DNA of 64,000 nucleotides from a phage. The translations under genes were made by a program, and so were the position numbers. The notes beneath the pieces are model-generated. The model had not been told where the DNA came from. It did not search any database and saw nothing but the letters and a program-made list of their open reading frames with translations. Numbering within the stretch: position 1 is the first letter of the stretch; the number at the start of each line of letters is the position of its first letter. Of this stretch, positions 9,715 to 19,949 are shown one piece after another. The stretch lies in the sequence record PZ027503.1. One strand, given 5' to 3'.

Positions 9715-9881
9715 TGGGAAATGGTATCATGATTTGCTATAAAATTGTGCGTATTGTCGGAGACGAAATTACCACTCGGTATTTTATGATAGAGTCTCAA
9801 GCCGATGAGGTTTACAATGACTGGCTTGAAAAAGGTGGATACGATTTTGTATCTAAAGAAACTTTCCGTTTAGAAGTATAA
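9714..9881 (+). CDS. hypothetical small protein (55 aa)
   Basis: ATG overlapping upstream stop (TAATG); below the ORF-track length cutoff. Confidence 0.3.
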   Translation: MGNGIMICYKIVRIVGDEITTRYFMIESQADEVYNDWLEKGGYDFVSKETFRLEV

Positions 9882-9891
9882 GGAGAAAACA

Positions 9892-10110
9892 ATGCGTAAA
9901 TTAGTGAGCTTTAATGTTTCAATTCTTGTTGATGAACAAAATGAAGATGTTATTAAAGGTCTTGCAAATAAGATTGCAGGTGGAATGACGGAAGCTGAAG
10001 TGTGGGAAGAATGTGCTCGACTTTATGAGGAAGGTGTTATTGAGGTCTTGGGGGATGAGATTAATATGGACGATGTTGTAAAAGTAACTGTGGAGCGTAT
10101 CAATGACTAA
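9892..10110 (+). CDS. hypothetical protein (72 aa)
   Basis: ATG with AAGGAGAAAA SD. Confidence 0.45.
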   Translation: MRKLVSFNVSILVDEQNEDVIKGLANKIAGGMTEAEVWEECARLYEEGVIEVLGDEINMDDVVKVTVERIND

Positions 10111-10696
10111 ATCAAAACAAATCAATATTGCCAAAGAAATTCTTACCGTATTAAAGATCGCTGATCCTAATTCTGTCTTGGCTGGCGGTGCTGTTCGTGA
10201 TTGGCGTATTCTTGATATTGCTGGACGTGATCTGGATTTCTATACATCCCTTCCTGCACATCGGACTGAAGAACAAATACAAGGATTAATTGCATCTGCT
10301 TTAATGGGAACCAATATTCGTAAACTAGGAAACAAAGAGGCTTCTGACAATTATGAAGGTGTTACTGGTCTTAAACACGTTTTTGAGTTTGAACGTGATG
10401 GTCAGCTTTGCAACCTTATGATTATGGAACCAAGCGTAATGACAACCTTTCTAAATGAGTTCGATCTGTCCATCTGCCAGGCTGCATTTGATGGGAAGGA
10501 TTGTTATTATTCTAAAGATTTTGAAACAACCTTGGAAACAGGGATCTGCTTCTTGCACAAAGACGTTAGAGAAGATGCCAAACACGTTATTAAAATTGCT
10601 ACACGTTTCCCATATCTTCGTTTTGTGAAAGAGGTTAAGGTTCCACGTCCACCTCAAGTAGATACCAGATTGGAAGAAGATGATATTCCTTGGTAA
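10103..10696 (+). CDS. minimal Pol-beta superfamily nucleotidyltransferase (CCA-adding / poly(A) polymerase head-domain type) with acidic SSB-tail-like C-terminus
   Basis: LAGGAVRDWRILDIAGRDLDFYT matches the GGxVRD...DxD catalytic signature of CCA/PAP enzymes; ends EEDDIPW. Confidence 0.55.
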   Translation: MTKSKQINIAKEILTVLKIADPNSVLAGGAVRDWRILDIAGRDLDFYTSLPAHRTEEQIQGLIASALMGTNIRKLGNKEASDNYEGVTGLKHVFEFERDGQLCNLMIMEPSVMTTFLNEFDLSICQAAFDGKDCYYSKDFETTLETGICFLHKDVREDAKHVIKIATRFPYLRFVKEVKVPRPPQVDTRLEEDDIPW

Positions 10697-10703
10697 TTAA
10701 AGC

Positions 10704-10733
10704 TTGACAATATTAAACATTTTATGATAGGAT
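10704..10733 (+). promoter_or_regulatory. sigma70-like promoter (TTGACA-N18-TAGGAT), nearly leaderless relative to the ATG at 10742
   Basis: Perfect -35 hexamer, 18-nt spacer, TAGGAT; same motif recurs at 52898-52927 and 53485-53514 on the minus strand. Confidence 0.5.
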
Positions 10734-10741
10734 AGCATTCA

Positions 10742-11134
10742 ATGACTGAACGTTCTAAGATAGCTGTTGAAACTGTTTATGGAAACTATACCAGTTTGAC
10801 ACTAGTTGAGAAAAATGTTGTAGGTCTTGACAACTCTTTTTATTTTCAAATTTTGGTTATTCAAGGTGGAAACAAGAAGCTAACTGCTCGTGTTGAAACA
10901 TCTGAAATAATTGAAACCACTGTTACAAACAAAGAATTCATTTCACTGCAAGATACAATCCGAAACGTTATAGACGAAGAAGGCAAAGCTGCCACAATTA
11001 AACTCGGAGGTTTTCCAGTGCAAATAGTTCATTTCCCTAATGGTGAAATTGGAGTTGGAATAGGTAAAGGTAAATACCTGTTAGAGCAAGATGATATGGA
11101 AAGACTCCGCTCTTTCTGTGCAAAATTAATGTAA
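10742..11134 (+). CDS. hypothetical protein (130 aa)
   Basis: ORF track; start immediately after promoter. Confidence 0.45.
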   Translation: MTERSKIAVETVYGNYTSLTLVEKNVVGLDNSFYFQILVIQGGNKKLTARVETSEIIETTVTNKEFISLQDTIRNVIDEEGKAATIKLGGFPVQIVHFPNGEIGVGIGKGKYLLEQDDMERLRSFCAKLM

Positions 11135-11150
11135 TGTAGAGGAGATAATA

Positions 11151-12038
11151 ATGTCCGTAATTAATACTGAAACTGATCGTAAAGGCAAAACCGTAACTTA
11201 TGCAACTGGTATCGTAGACTACGTTAAACTGGATAAATTCGCTGAACCTAAAACTTTTCATTGGGAAGGAAAAACGATTGTTTCAACTCACCGAGCTTCT
11301 CTTGTTCTGAAAGAGAAAGGTGCTAAACCAGATGAGAAAGGTGTTTGGATTTCTCTTGGTGACATTGAACTGAAAGAAGGTTATGAAAACCTGCAAGTCA
11401 AAGAAGGTGATAATTGGATCACTATTGAAAAAGGTGTAGAAGTAAGTATTGATATTGATCGCGTTGATAATAAAGGCGGTAAAACTTACTACAATACTAA
11501 AAAATCTCGTATTACAGTATTGTCTACCGATGGTGTTCAGAAGTCTAACAAATCTTCTGGCAATAAAGGTTCCAACGATGCTGCTCCTAAGCAGTCCTAT
11601 AAAAAACGTGATACTGTAGGTCTGGAAACTGGTCACGCAGTAAATGGTGCACTGGAACTGATTCGTAATGGTGTTAAAGGTGATGCTTTCGATATCGCTG
11701 GGGTTGTTCAATCTGCAACTGTCACGCTGAAATCGGAAATTGCTGAATCTCGTGGCGTTGACATTAATGATTATGATCTTGGGGCATCTGTTGGTCACGC
11801 TATCCTCAATGCTTGTAAAGACCATACCATTAAGACTGTATCTGTAGAAGATTTGATTGACTCTGCTCGTAAAGTTCTAGCTTTGTCTGATAAAGTTGCT
11901 GCTGCCATTCGTGGTTCCGCAGAACAACCTAAGAAAGAAGAGAAGAAAGAAGTTAAAAAACCTGAACCACAACCAGAACCAACTCCAAGTAATCAAGAAG
12001 AACCTCCAATGGACTTCGATGATGATATTCCATTCTGA
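11151..12038 (+). CDS. ssb: single-stranded DNA-binding protein
   Basis: C-terminal PPMDFDDDIPF acidic tail matching the E. coli SSB tail as recalled; Gly/Ser-rich linker; SD GAGGAG. Confidence 0.8.
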   Translation: MSVINTETDRKGKTVTYATGIVDYVKLDKFAEPKTFHWEGKTIVSTHRASLVLKEKGAKPDEKGVWISLGDIELKEGYENLQVKEGDNWITIEKGVEVSIDIDRVDNKGGKTYYNTKKSRITVLSTDGVQKSNKSSGNKGSNDAAPKQSYKKRDTVGLETGHAVNGALELIRNGVKGDAFDIAGVVQSATVTLKSEIAESRGVDINDYDLGASVGHAILNACKDHTIKTVSVEDLIDSARKVLALSDKVAAAIRGSAEQPKKEEKKEVKKPEPQPEPTPSNQEEPPMDFDDDIPF

Positions 12039-12071
12039 TCTTATTGATCTATAAAGAGTTTTTATAAAAGA

Positions 12072-12100
12072 AAGGAGCCAAATGGCTCCTTTTCTTATTT
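12072..12100. terminator. bidirectional rho-independent terminator between convergent operons
   Basis: AGGAGCC-AAAT-GGCTCCT hairpin with T-tracts on both strands. Confidence 0.55.
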
Positions 12101-14767
12101 ATAACCCGAAGGAATATTGTTATAATCAGAAAGTTTTGTGCAATACCTGAATAGGTAACTATTAGCTACTCCGCCTAATGTATTTGTTAATGTTGTTCCT
12201 GTTCCTGTAAGATTTGTGCATCCACTAAAGAAAGAAGATAATGCTCCACGTTTACCACAAACAGTTAACCCTGGGTTGTCATTAAAGATTTTATTAAAAT
12301 CTGTAAGTGCTAAACAACCTTGGAATGTAGCTGTTAAAGAGGTCACTTTCGTTGGAATATTATCAAACATTCCTGCTGGAACTTCTGCAAGAGAGGTGCA
12401 ATCTTTAAAGGTGTAAGAATATCTTGTAACTTTTGATAGATTTTTAAATAAATCTGAAGGAATAGATGTTAAAGATGTACAACCTTCAAACGTGCTTGAC
12501 ATTGTTGTCATTGAAGGAAATAAAGCATCACTGAATAATCCTTCAGGGATAGCTGTCAAACTTGTACAGCCAGAGAAGATACCACTTATAGATGTTCCGG
12601 TGTAAGATGTGTTACTAAAACAATCAGAAGTTATTCGTCTTAAGTTAGCACAACCTTTTAAGAATTGTGAGGCTGGGCTTGTAGAATAACCAATTCTGTT
12701 GCCGCCCCATAATTCTAAAAGATCTGGATTTGCTTCCATAGACACATCAACACTATTCACTACTGAAGCACTTGCAAATTCAATAGCCAGTCTATATTCT
12801 CCTGCTGGATAACTATCCACTGTAGAGAAAGCTTTATTTCTAAATATTACTTTATTTGAAGGTATTACAACGTCATCCACCTTAACTACAAAGTTAGCTG
12901 GTGTGACAGTACCCGATAAAATTGGGAACGTAATTGCCCCATCTGCCGAGTGGTTGAAATATCCGTTTAGAACCGTTAAACTACTACTCGGAGATGGAGC
13001 TAACTCCTTTCCCGCAACAGCGTTCACCGTTAAATAAGAACTATCAGAAGCGGTAACAACACCTTGATATGTAGCTGTGCAACCAATTCTACAACCACCA
13101 TCACCAACACCAGTTATTACACCAGTTGTAGGATCTACTGTAGCAACATTAGGATCTGTAGTTGTATACTCAACAACCATACCAGGTAAGCTTGCTGCTC
13201 CTGTTGGCGTTATTTCTGCTACCATTGTTTGTGTTGTTCCTACATCCATCGCAGATAAGCTAGGGGTGTAAACACTCAATGTTGAAGCATATCCTCCAGA
13301 GGTATCTGATAAAGTTGTTCCTTCAGCGTTTAAGGCTGTCATACCTGCATCAAAACCACCTTCTGCATGGAAAGTCATTAAACCAGTAGATGATATTGTC
13401 ATGTTTGCAGGGGCAGAAGAAGTGTATTTAATATTGAAAAGTTTACCTCCTTCTGGGCTAACAGAATGTGTCAACTGTTTAGTTCCACCTACAATACAAA
13501 TTCCTAAAGAATCTGTAGTTAAGCCAGTTGCCAGAACATCCCCCGTAATCACGGAGCTTGCTATTGGTGTGAATTTATTATAGTTTAGACCACTATTGAA
13601 CAGATACGAGGCTTTCCCATCTTTCCAAATACCGGAATAATACATATCCCCGTTATAAACGAAAAAGGTTCCTTGATAACCTAATTGGTTAGTAATATCC
13701 ATATTCAACGTATGAACGCTTGTGAGCTTGTTTATATCCCAGGAACCCACTCCTTCAGGTTTAACTGGTTTTCCCACTTGGAGTGGATCTCCGCTCGCAG
13801 AATCATATCCCAAACCTAAGTTTGCAGTGTAGTTCTTACCAATAGCCCACAAGGAATTATTGATCCCAACGAAAAAAGAGTGGCGGCTTGGTGGAAATTT
13901 CCATGTTGAGAAACCTGCTGCAAAGGTGTCCAGTTTAGTGTAGGTTGTTTCTGTATTAGATCTAACATATAAGTAGTTTACTGTACCCGCGCCACCGGAG
14001 GTATCTCCTACAACTATTGTCTGGGAAACTGTATTGATGTAATCTTTGACATACACTGTTTCAGTAGTGGATATCGTGGCATTGACAAAAGCGGTTGTTG
14101 TGTTATTATTACCTGCTAAACCTTTACTAGCTCCACAAACACGCAAGGTTCCCGCATTGTTGACATAAGAGCATTGGTTATAACCTGCATCAAAAGCAAC
14201 TGCTGAACTTGTTATCTGACGGGGAGTAGAAACTTCGTTAGTAGTGCTTGCACCTAAACTGCCTACTGTGTTTTGACCCGATCCATAAAGAACACCGCTA
14301 TTCATTAACCAAAGAGTATTGTTATACCCTCCTTTAACCTCTTTAAGATTGGCTAAAGAGATAGTCCCTGTTATTACAGATGGAAAGCTGGTCCAAGTAG
14401 TTACACATGCATCCGTACCACCTGCTGCTATAGATCCTACCAACCCTGCTGTCAATCCTGAATATTGCCATCCCCCGCTGTTAGTTTTAATAACAAAACA
14501 ACGATCTGCGGTAAACACATCCGCTACTACAGTAGAAGCTAAGTGGAAATTATTGAATCGTGCACTACGAGTTCCATCTGCAATCTCACCAAAAAGGTTT
14601 GCGCCTTGAGTAAACAATCTACCATCATTAAGCAAAATTGCTAAACTGCTGTTAGAATTACCAGCATTATCTGGGTAATCTAAAGTGATTACTTTTTTAA
14701 CAATACCCGCTGGCAGAGGAACGACACCAGTGCTGGTCATAATAGTAAATATTGGAATTGGAAACAT
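12095..14767 (-). CDS. tail fiber / receptor-binding protein with C-terminal BspA-type leucine-rich repeats
   Basis: 890 aa; repeated FxGCTSLTxIPxxLF units (FSGCTSLTAIPEGLF, FEGCTSLTSIPSDLF, FKDCTSLAEVPAGMF, FSGCTNLTG) near the C-terminus. Confidence 0.7.
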   Translation of the reverse strand: MFPIPIFTIMTSTGVVPLPAGIVKKVITLDYPDNAGNSNSSLAILLNDGRLFTQGANLFGEIADGTRSARFNNFHLASTVVADVFTADRCFVIKTNSGGWQYSGLTAGLVGSIAAGGTDACVTTWTSFPSVITGTISLANLKEVKGGYNNTLWLMNSGVLYGSGQNTVGSLGASTTNEVSTPRQITSSAVAFDAGYNQCSYVNNAGTLRVCGASKGLAGNNNTTTAFVNATISTTETVYVKDYINTVSQTIVVGDTSGGAGTVNYLYVRSNTETTYTKLDTFAAGFSTWKFPPSRHSFFVGINNSLWAIGKNYTANLGLGYDSASGDPLQVGKPVKPEGVGSWDINKLTSVHTLNMDITNQLGYQGTFFVYNGDMYYSGIWKDGKASYLFNSGLNYNKFTPIASSVITGDVLATGLTTDSLGICIVGGTKQLTHSVSPEGGKLFNIKYTSSAPANMTISSTGLMTFHAEGGFDAGMTALNAEGTTLSDTSGGYASTLSVYTPSLSAMDVGTTQTMVAEITPTGAASLPGMVVEYTTTDPNVATVDPTTGVITGVGDGGCRIGCTATYQGVVTASDSSYLTVNAVAGKELAPSPSSSLTVLNGYFNHSADGAITFPILSGTVTPANFVVKVDDVVIPSNKVIFRNKAFSTVDSYPAGEYRLAIEFASASVVNSVDVSMEANPDLLELWGGNRIGYSTSPASQFLKGCANLRRITSDCFSNTSYTGTSISGIFSGCTSLTAIPEGLFSDALFPSMTTMSSTFEGCTSLTSIPSDLFKNLSKVTRYSYTFKDCTSLAEVPAGMFDNIPTKVTSLTATFQGCLALTDFNKIFNDNPGLTVCGKRGALSSFFSGCTNLTGTGTTLTNTLGGVANSYLFRYCTKLSDYNNIPSGYK

Positions 14768-14777
14768 TTAAACCCTC

Positions 14778-14805
14778 CATAAAAAGAAAGCCCCTTTCGG
14801 GGCTT
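14778..14805 (-). terminator. rho-independent terminator or attenuator after collagen-like fiber gene
   Basis: AAGCCCC-TTTC-GGGGCTT hairpin followed on the minus strand by CTTTCTTTTTAT. Confidence 0.45.
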
Positions 14806-14808
14806 CTG

Positions 14809-16833
14809 TTATCGTGTTACAACAACCATGTCCACGACATTACCCACACCAGGATACGTTAATTGCAAAATTGTTACTGCGTTAGCAGTAGTTGCTATTT
14901 CTGTATCATTCAGTGCTCCATAAGACGCATCTAGTGTAACCGTGTGTCCCGTTGTATCTTGAATCAAATAAATCATTGCTGAAAACGCTTTAGGCTTTGT
15001 AGAGCCAGTGACACCAGGCCATGCTCCAACTGTTAAAGCATCTGTTACTGTAACAACATACATATTGGAAGTTCCAGAAGGAGTCCAAGATGCTCCAGAG
15101 TTGGCAGTAGTTGTTTCAAGTTCCATGAAACCTGCTGTAACTTTAGTTGGTGTTATAGCTTCCGTAGGATCTGATCCTGATATTTCAATCCAGTTACCAT
15201 CAGAACGACCATACGTCAAGCCATCTTGAGGGGCTTCTGGTATACTAGGAAGAGTTCCTATAAGTGTCCACGTAGAAGAATCTGTTTTCTTGAACACTGC
15301 TCCAGTGGTAGTATTGAAGGCGTAATCATTGATAACACCGTCTCCTGCGACTGGATTAGTTGTTGCTACAAACCACTGTGCGCCGTCCTTACCGTTGGTC
15401 CCATCAGTACCGTTGGTTCCGTTTGTTCCAGGATCACCCTTATCTCCTTTATCTCCTTTTTCACCTTTGTCGCCTTTAATACTTCCCATGTCAACAAAAG
15501 ATGCGGAATTGGTGTCTTGATCGTAGGTATAGATGTAAAGATTACTAGTGTCTTCAGTTAAGTAGGCATCACCATAGTTATTATAAACAGGGAGAGCTTC
15601 ACTGTTCGGAACATGACCTTTAGCTGTAATTGATGTTCCTCCAAGACTGCCAACATTCATCCATTCCGTAGCATCTTGAATCCAAACATACAAATCATTA
15701 TTAATTTTATATGCATCACCTACTTCTCCAGTAGGAGGAAGTTCAGCTTCACTGTTCAGAACCCCGATAATCTCTAAGCCTGATCCTGTTGCACCCACTG
15801 GTCCTTGTGGACCTAGTTCACCTTGTGGACCTCGCTCTCCTTGATCACCCTTGTCTCCTTTTGGACCTTTAAGTGAGGCAATAAAATCTACTTCTGTCCC
15901 TTCATTACCAGCATCCAGCCAACTTTGATATGCAGATTTCCCTTCATCTCCATCTGTTCCATCAAGACCGTCTTTACCTGCCTCACCTTGTGGACCTTGA
16001 GGACCAACAATATTACCCATGTTGACCCAAGCTGTCCCATTAGAGACATAAAGATTACCATTGATAGAATAAGCTTGACTTACGTTTTCAGAGTTTGGTT
16101 GTGGTAAGTTACTTGTAGAAGGCAAATCCCCACGATAATCAAAACCGTTGGCGTTAACACCAGGTGCTCCCTGTGGCCCTGTAGGACCAACATCGCCTTT
16201 ATCACCTTTTATAGAGGTAAGAAAATCATAAACAGATCCTGTATTACCATCTGCCAACCATACCTCGTAAGCTGATTTACCTTCTGGCCCAAGAGAAGAA
16301 ATAAGTTTCCAAACAGAACCATCCCAAGCGTAGATTACATCACCTACGATATAACCATCCCCTGCAACGTTACCTGTGGATGGTAGTTCACTAGTGCTTG
16401 CTAATGATCCTTTAATATTAAGTTGAGCACCAGTATCCCCTTTCAAAGAAGCAAGCCATTGTGCTTCTGTTCCAACAAAACCATTATCAAGTGCGATCTG
16501 ATAAGCCGATTTACCAGCTTCAGGTATTGTTTCCGACAGATCATCAATCTGTTGCTGCATTGCCGTAAACTTGGCATTGATAATTGCTATATCATCAGCG
16601 GTCCCAACACTTTGCCATGCAAGGGAAGAAATACCACCTGTGGTGGCTGGCGTAGAGTTTGCTGGAACTACTTTAGGAAAAGTTCCTTTCCATTGGTAAT
16701 AATTCCCTTCTGCTGCTAACAGCAAAACTTCACGGGAATTACGTAATGTAAAACCTGCCTCAAAGCTGCGACGTTTTCGATAAGTAGCTTCTACCAGATC
16801 GGCTATCGCACTATTAGGTCTTGTTAAATTCAT
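14809..16833 (-). CDS. tail fiber protein with collagen-like Gly-X-Y repeats
   Basis: 674 aa; GDKGEKGDKGDKGDPGTNGTNGTDGTNGKDG, GPQGPQGEAGKDGLDGTDGDEG, GPKGDKGDQGERGPQGELGPQGPVG. Confidence 0.75.
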   Translation of the reverse strand: MNLTRPNSAIADLVEATYRKRRSFEAGFTLRNSREVLLLAAEGNYYQWKGTFPKVVPANSTPATTGGISSLAWQSVGTADDIAIINAKFTAMQQQIDDLSETIPEAGKSAYQIALDNGFVGTEAQWLASLKGDTGAQLNIKGSLASTSELPSTGNVAGDGYIVGDVIYAWDGSVWKLISSLGPEGKSAYEVWLADGNTGSVYDFLTSIKGDKGDVGPTGPQGAPGVNANGFDYRGDLPSTSNLPQPNSENVSQAYSINGNLYVSNGTAWVNMGNIVGPQGPQGEAGKDGLDGTDGDEGKSAYQSWLDAGNEGTEVDFIASLKGPKGDKGDQGERGPQGELGPQGPVGATGSGLEIIGVLNSEAELPPTGEVGDAYKINNDLYVWIQDATEWMNVGSLGGTSITAKGHVPNSEALPVYNNYGDAYLTEDTSNLYIYTYDQDTNSASFVDMGSIKGDKGEKGDKGDKGDPGTNGTNGTDGTNGKDGAQWFVATTNPVAGDGVINDYAFNTTTGAVFKKTDSSTWTLIGTLPSIPEAPQDGLTYGRSDGNWIEISGSDPTEAITPTKVTAGFMELETTTANSGASWTPSGTSNMYVVTVTDALTVGAWPGVTGSTKPKAFSAMIYLIQDTTGHTVTLDASYGALNDTEIATTANAVTILQLTYPGVGNVVDMVVVTR

Positions 16834-16868
16834 TTATCTCTCCTATCATTAGACCATTCTATTGGAAG

Positions 16869-16890
16869 AAGAGGGGGGAATCCCCCTCTA
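16869..16890 (-). terminator. hairpin, putative terminator after tailspike gene
   Basis: GAGGGGG-GAAT-CCCCCTC hairpin; moderately U-rich 3' flank on the minus strand. Confidence 0.35.
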
Positions 16891-16895
16891 TTCCA

Positions 16896-19800
16896 TTAGG
16901 TTGTTGGCACATCTACTACTGGCGTTGGGCGAATAACCGCAGTATTACCTACAGAAACATTACTGGAATCATTAGGTATGGTTTTAATTCTAACTCCAGC
17001 ACTTGTAGGCGTTACAATTGGATCTGCAATGTCTATTTTAACTGGGTTAGTCCACGTATCATTATCTTGATAAGGTGCACGAGTAATAACTGTGTCCAAA
17101 TCTGCTCCACCTACGCCAGCACCAGGAATACGGATACGTGTCCCTGCTGACAGAGGGTAATGATACAACCAAGAAGCATTTGTTGCTGTCCCGTTAGGAG
17201 TCAAGTTCTGTGTCAGGAAGGTATCTCCTGCCTGTGTAGCTCGAATACCGAAAGCTGGGATATCTGGAATATATGCCCCACTTGTTGTTACAAGGAAGAA
17301 CGTATTATCCGCCTTGACTATCATATCCCCTTTGTCAAACTCTTTCCCTGTTGGGAAATGCATTCCATCAATGTTTCGACTAGGATTAGGCTCTAAGTAA
17401 TAAACTTTGCCCGTTGTCCCTACAATAGCTCCAATACCACCTGCGATATTGGTATACATATTAGCTTCAACATTACAGTTGACACGATGAATATCCGAGT
17501 AACGGCAACGGCTCCACTGTGGACGACCAGTAACCATCGTCTTGCCATCTGGGTAACAGTTTACGTTAACCATTTCAAGAACAGATTTTTCTCTACGGAA
17601 GAATCCATCATAAAATGTCCCTGGACCAGATTCAGGTTGACCAACACAATCGAAGATATTACAGGTGATGTTAGACATTGAAAGCCAAGAAGCTATACCG
17701 AACAACTGCAAGGCAGCGCAACGAATATTTTCAAAGCTAACTCTGTTTTCATAACCTGGCCCAGCGGAAACTCCCGCAAAAACACGCCCAGTTTTGGTGT
17801 GAATGTTACGAACAGAATAGTTAAAGCATGGGTTTGAAGGTCTGCCCTGTGCCGGAACTACCGGATTACCCTCTTCATCCAGAACTGCGTTAGTTCCCCA
17901 CTCCAAGTAAATCATACGGATATTACTTGCAAGTGTGCTACCGTCTGTTTTAGGCTCTCCATAAACACCATCAATCGTAAAGTCTTTACTTCCATACATT
18001 ACAACTGCGCCAGTTGCCAAACCTGTCCCAACAGATACGGTTTGATCTGGATCGCCATGAATGTTTTCGATAGAGATATTACGACCAACTTCTACGTGGA
18101 CAATCTGACGACAACGTTTTGCAAAAACGTTACGAATTGTAATGTTCTTACAATATTGATCATCAGGGATTCCGTAACCATATGGTCCTTTACCAGCTAC
18201 ACCGATACCGATACCCCAGTTGGACAGAGGAATAGGAGCGTTAGTCCCATCGATATTAGACAGGTAAATATTCTCAATCACACAACCATCGTCATAATGT
18301 TTATTGATGACGTTCAGTTCTATTGCATCACCTTGCATGTCCATGAAGGTAAGGTTACGGAAGACACCGCGTGTTACTGGTTCCCCTGTTCCTTGTTGAA
18401 GAATGCCATATAACCCGTTTTTAAAAGTACAATTATCAATTTCAAAAGTACCTGATATTGGGTTGCCTTGGAATACCAAGCTACCAACTTGACCTGCGCG
18501 AGGAGCACCGTCCCACAAACAATCGAACATGCGCACAGCACCACCCCAATACATAACACGAGAGTTACGGAAAGTTGTGCCTTCTACTGTAGCATTCTGC
18601 ACACGATAGTCGCGTTGACCACGGAACACACCACCACGCAAAGTGATATCTTGAATATCAAAAGAGCTTGTCGTGAAAGTCATGTCGCAACCGTAAGCAT
18701 CGAGAATCTTGCTTTTCGAAGCTTTTGCTGCTAACAGTGCCGCCTGGAAAGCTGCTTCTGGTGTGGTATAGGTAGTTGTATTGTTAGCAAATTCTGACAA
18801 GTAGACAACATCGAATAGATCGTTGTATGTTCCACCACGAGGGGTTAACAGTCCTTCTGTATTAGTCAGAACCCATGCATTTGGACCTAATCCTCCGCTT
18901 GTCTCCAATGTATCAGAGGCCAAAATACTTTTTGGTAAACTTCCAGCCCAACGATAACGACCAGCACCACGTCCAATCGTCTGATTTTTAGCTGTCAGAG
19001 TTACGTTATTACCAAAGCTTGTAGGCAAATGAACAAACTGTCCACGCTCAACAGCCAGTGCAGAAAGGTCTACAGATCCTCCAGAATAAGTCATTACTCC
19101 AGAAACAGATAAAGATGTTAAAGTTCCTGTGATGTTAGGAGGTAATGTGTAGGAAGACTGTGCTACCGGATCATACAGAGCTTTAATCCCTGTTAACGAT
19201 TGACCTGCTGTTGCGTAAGCCACCTCATCATCTAACAAACCATACTTACGAGCAATAGCTTGCAGAGGGACTTTATCCATGCTTTCTGTTAGTTCTTCCG
19301 TTTTTGTTTCTAAACTAACAAGACGGTTCTCTAGATTAGGATCTGTATCTGCTGAAGCTACGATTTTACCAATATAAGCAAAAAGCTTGTTTGGCAGTCC
19401 TGTTGCAGGATCGTGTCCCAAAGGTTCAGATAAGATGATCTTACTGTCTTCTATACGGAAAGCTTCCCCCAGAACCTGAATAACACCATTGATCGTAACA
19501 ATAGCACTATCAAAGATGTAAGGAGGACTAATTACTGTTTCATAACCAGTTGCACCAGAGTATACCCACGGGGTGACTTCTGTTGCTAATTGTTCTGTTT
19601 TCAGTCCCCACAATACCCAGTTGTTATCTCCTACTGGAGTCCCTTGCATAGGGATTGGGTTAACCAATGTAGCGTTAGGAGCATAGTAATAACCGCTCAA
19701 TACTCCATTCTGGAAATAACGAAGTTGGTTAAAAACTGTTTCGTTTGTGCCTTGCGCCCAATCTAATGGGCTTTTAAAGAAAAAGTTGTCAACAAGGGCT

Positions 19801-19949
19801 TTTCTCAGGGTTGGTATCAACCCTGATTCTGTTTCAATACTCTCTGTAGCACTTCCATTAATAACATCATGGAGTTGGTTAGATGAGAAAATAACCAGAT
19901 CTACGCCCTGTTCGAGAGACGTTGCTGGATATGTTGGGAATGTTGCCAT
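16896..19949 (-). CDS. large tailspike / tail fiber protein (1017 aa), probable beta-helix depolymerase-type
   Basis: Size, position in fiber cluster, Gly/Asn/Thr-rich repetitive beta-strand-like composition. Confidence 0.6.
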   Translation of the reverse strand: MATFPTYPATSLEQGVDLVIFSSNQLHDVINGSATESIETESGLIPTLRKALVDNFFFKSPLDWAQGTNETVFNQLRYFQNGVLSGYYYAPNATLVNPIPMQGTPVGDNNWVLWGLKTEQLATEVTPWVYSGATGYETVISPPYIFDSAIVTINGVIQVLGEAFRIEDSKIILSEPLGHDPATGLPNKLFAYIGKIVASADTDPNLENRLVSLETKTEELTESMDKVPLQAIARKYGLLDDEVAYATAGQSLTGIKALYDPVAQSSYTLPPNITGTLTSLSVSGVMTYSGGSVDLSALAVERGQFVHLPTSFGNNVTLTAKNQTIGRGAGRYRWAGSLPKSILASDTLETSGGLGPNAWVLTNTEGLLTPRGGTYNDLFDVVYLSEFANNTTTYTTPEAAFQAALLAAKASKSKILDAYGCDMTFTTSSFDIQDITLRGGVFRGQRDYRVQNATVEGTTFRNSRVMYWGGAVRMFDCLWDGAPRAGQVGSLVFQGNPISGTFEIDNCTFKNGLYGILQQGTGEPVTRGVFRNLTFMDMQGDAIELNVINKHYDDGCVIENIYLSNIDGTNAPIPLSNWGIGIGVAGKGPYGYGIPDDQYCKNITIRNVFAKRCRQIVHVEVGRNISIENIHGDPDQTVSVGTGLATGAVVMYGSKDFTIDGVYGEPKTDGSTLASNIRMIYLEWGTNAVLDEEGNPVVPAQGRPSNPCFNYSVRNIHTKTGRVFAGVSAGPGYENRVSFENIRCAALQLFGIASWLSMSNITCNIFDCVGQPESGPGTFYDGFFRREKSVLEMVNVNCYPDGKTMVTGRPQWSRCRYSDIHRVNCNVEANMYTNIAGGIGAIVGTTGKVYYLEPNPSRNIDGMHFPTGKEFDKGDMIVKADNTFFLVTTSGAYIPDIPAFGIRATQAGDTFLTQNLTPNGTATNASWLYHYPLSAGTRIRIPGAGVGGADLDTVITRAPYQDNDTWTNPVKIDIADPIVTPTSAGVRIKTIPNDSSNVSVGNTAVIRPTPVVDVPTT

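Noticed and set aside
15400-16100. Short-period repeats that could be taken for a CRISPR or tandem-repeat array
   Set aside because: The periodicity is the Gly-X-Y codon repeat of a collagen-like segment inside a long intact ORF (14809-16833, minus strand); no spacer-repeat architecture and no cas genes.
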